Source of the DNA: Eledone cirrhosa
Taxonomy: Eukaryota
Length of the DNA: 64,000 nt
Assembly (NCBI GenBank): GCA_964016885.1
Contig: OZ024740.1
Coordinates: 261,268,001-261,332,000, forward strand
Direction: 5' to 3'
Shown: piece after piece, positions 63,971 through 64,000 of the stretch
Layout: every line of letters starts with the position of its first letter
Numbering within the stretch: the first letter of the stretch is position 1
Made by a program: the position numbers and the translations under genes
Notes under the pieces: model-generated
Seen by the model: only the letters and a program-made list of their open reading frames with translations
Databases searched by the model: none
Told to the model about the DNA's origin: nothing

Positions 63971-64000
63971 ACCAGCACGAGCAGATAATACAATTGATTG

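Overview
This is AT-rich, repeat-dense animal genomic DNA. The (TA)n and (CAT)n microsatellites, RTE LINEs with partner tRNA-SINEs and single-exon tandem C2H2 arrays look like a coleoid cephalopod, probably an octopus (inference). Host genes: the catalytic exon of a CHST11-like carbohydrate sulfotransferase (8514-9581, +) and two convergent paralogous C2H2 zinc-finger genes (36295-37689 +, 16 fingers; 56125-57411 -, 14 fingers), with the remains of a third paralog between them. The rest is mostly mobile DNA: six minus-strand RTE copies (four retain a PHD-type finger, or part of one, inside the RT), two Gypsy LTR elements, CRE-type RLE fragments, Penelope-like elements, a DD37D maT transposon, a mariner remnant, hAT MITEs and SINEs. 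Three signals stand out. (1) Short fold-back units embedded in (TA)n carry minimal type I hammerhead ribozyme motifs, several with the compensatory U3-A8 core, and their arms appear to be regenerated per copy. (2) One Gypsy element has no tRNA primer-binding site; the sequence in that position is a perfect 12-bp complement of its own LTR. (3) The RTE reverse transcriptase has a PHD-type finger inserted in it. All calls were made by eye; no database searches or folding were run.
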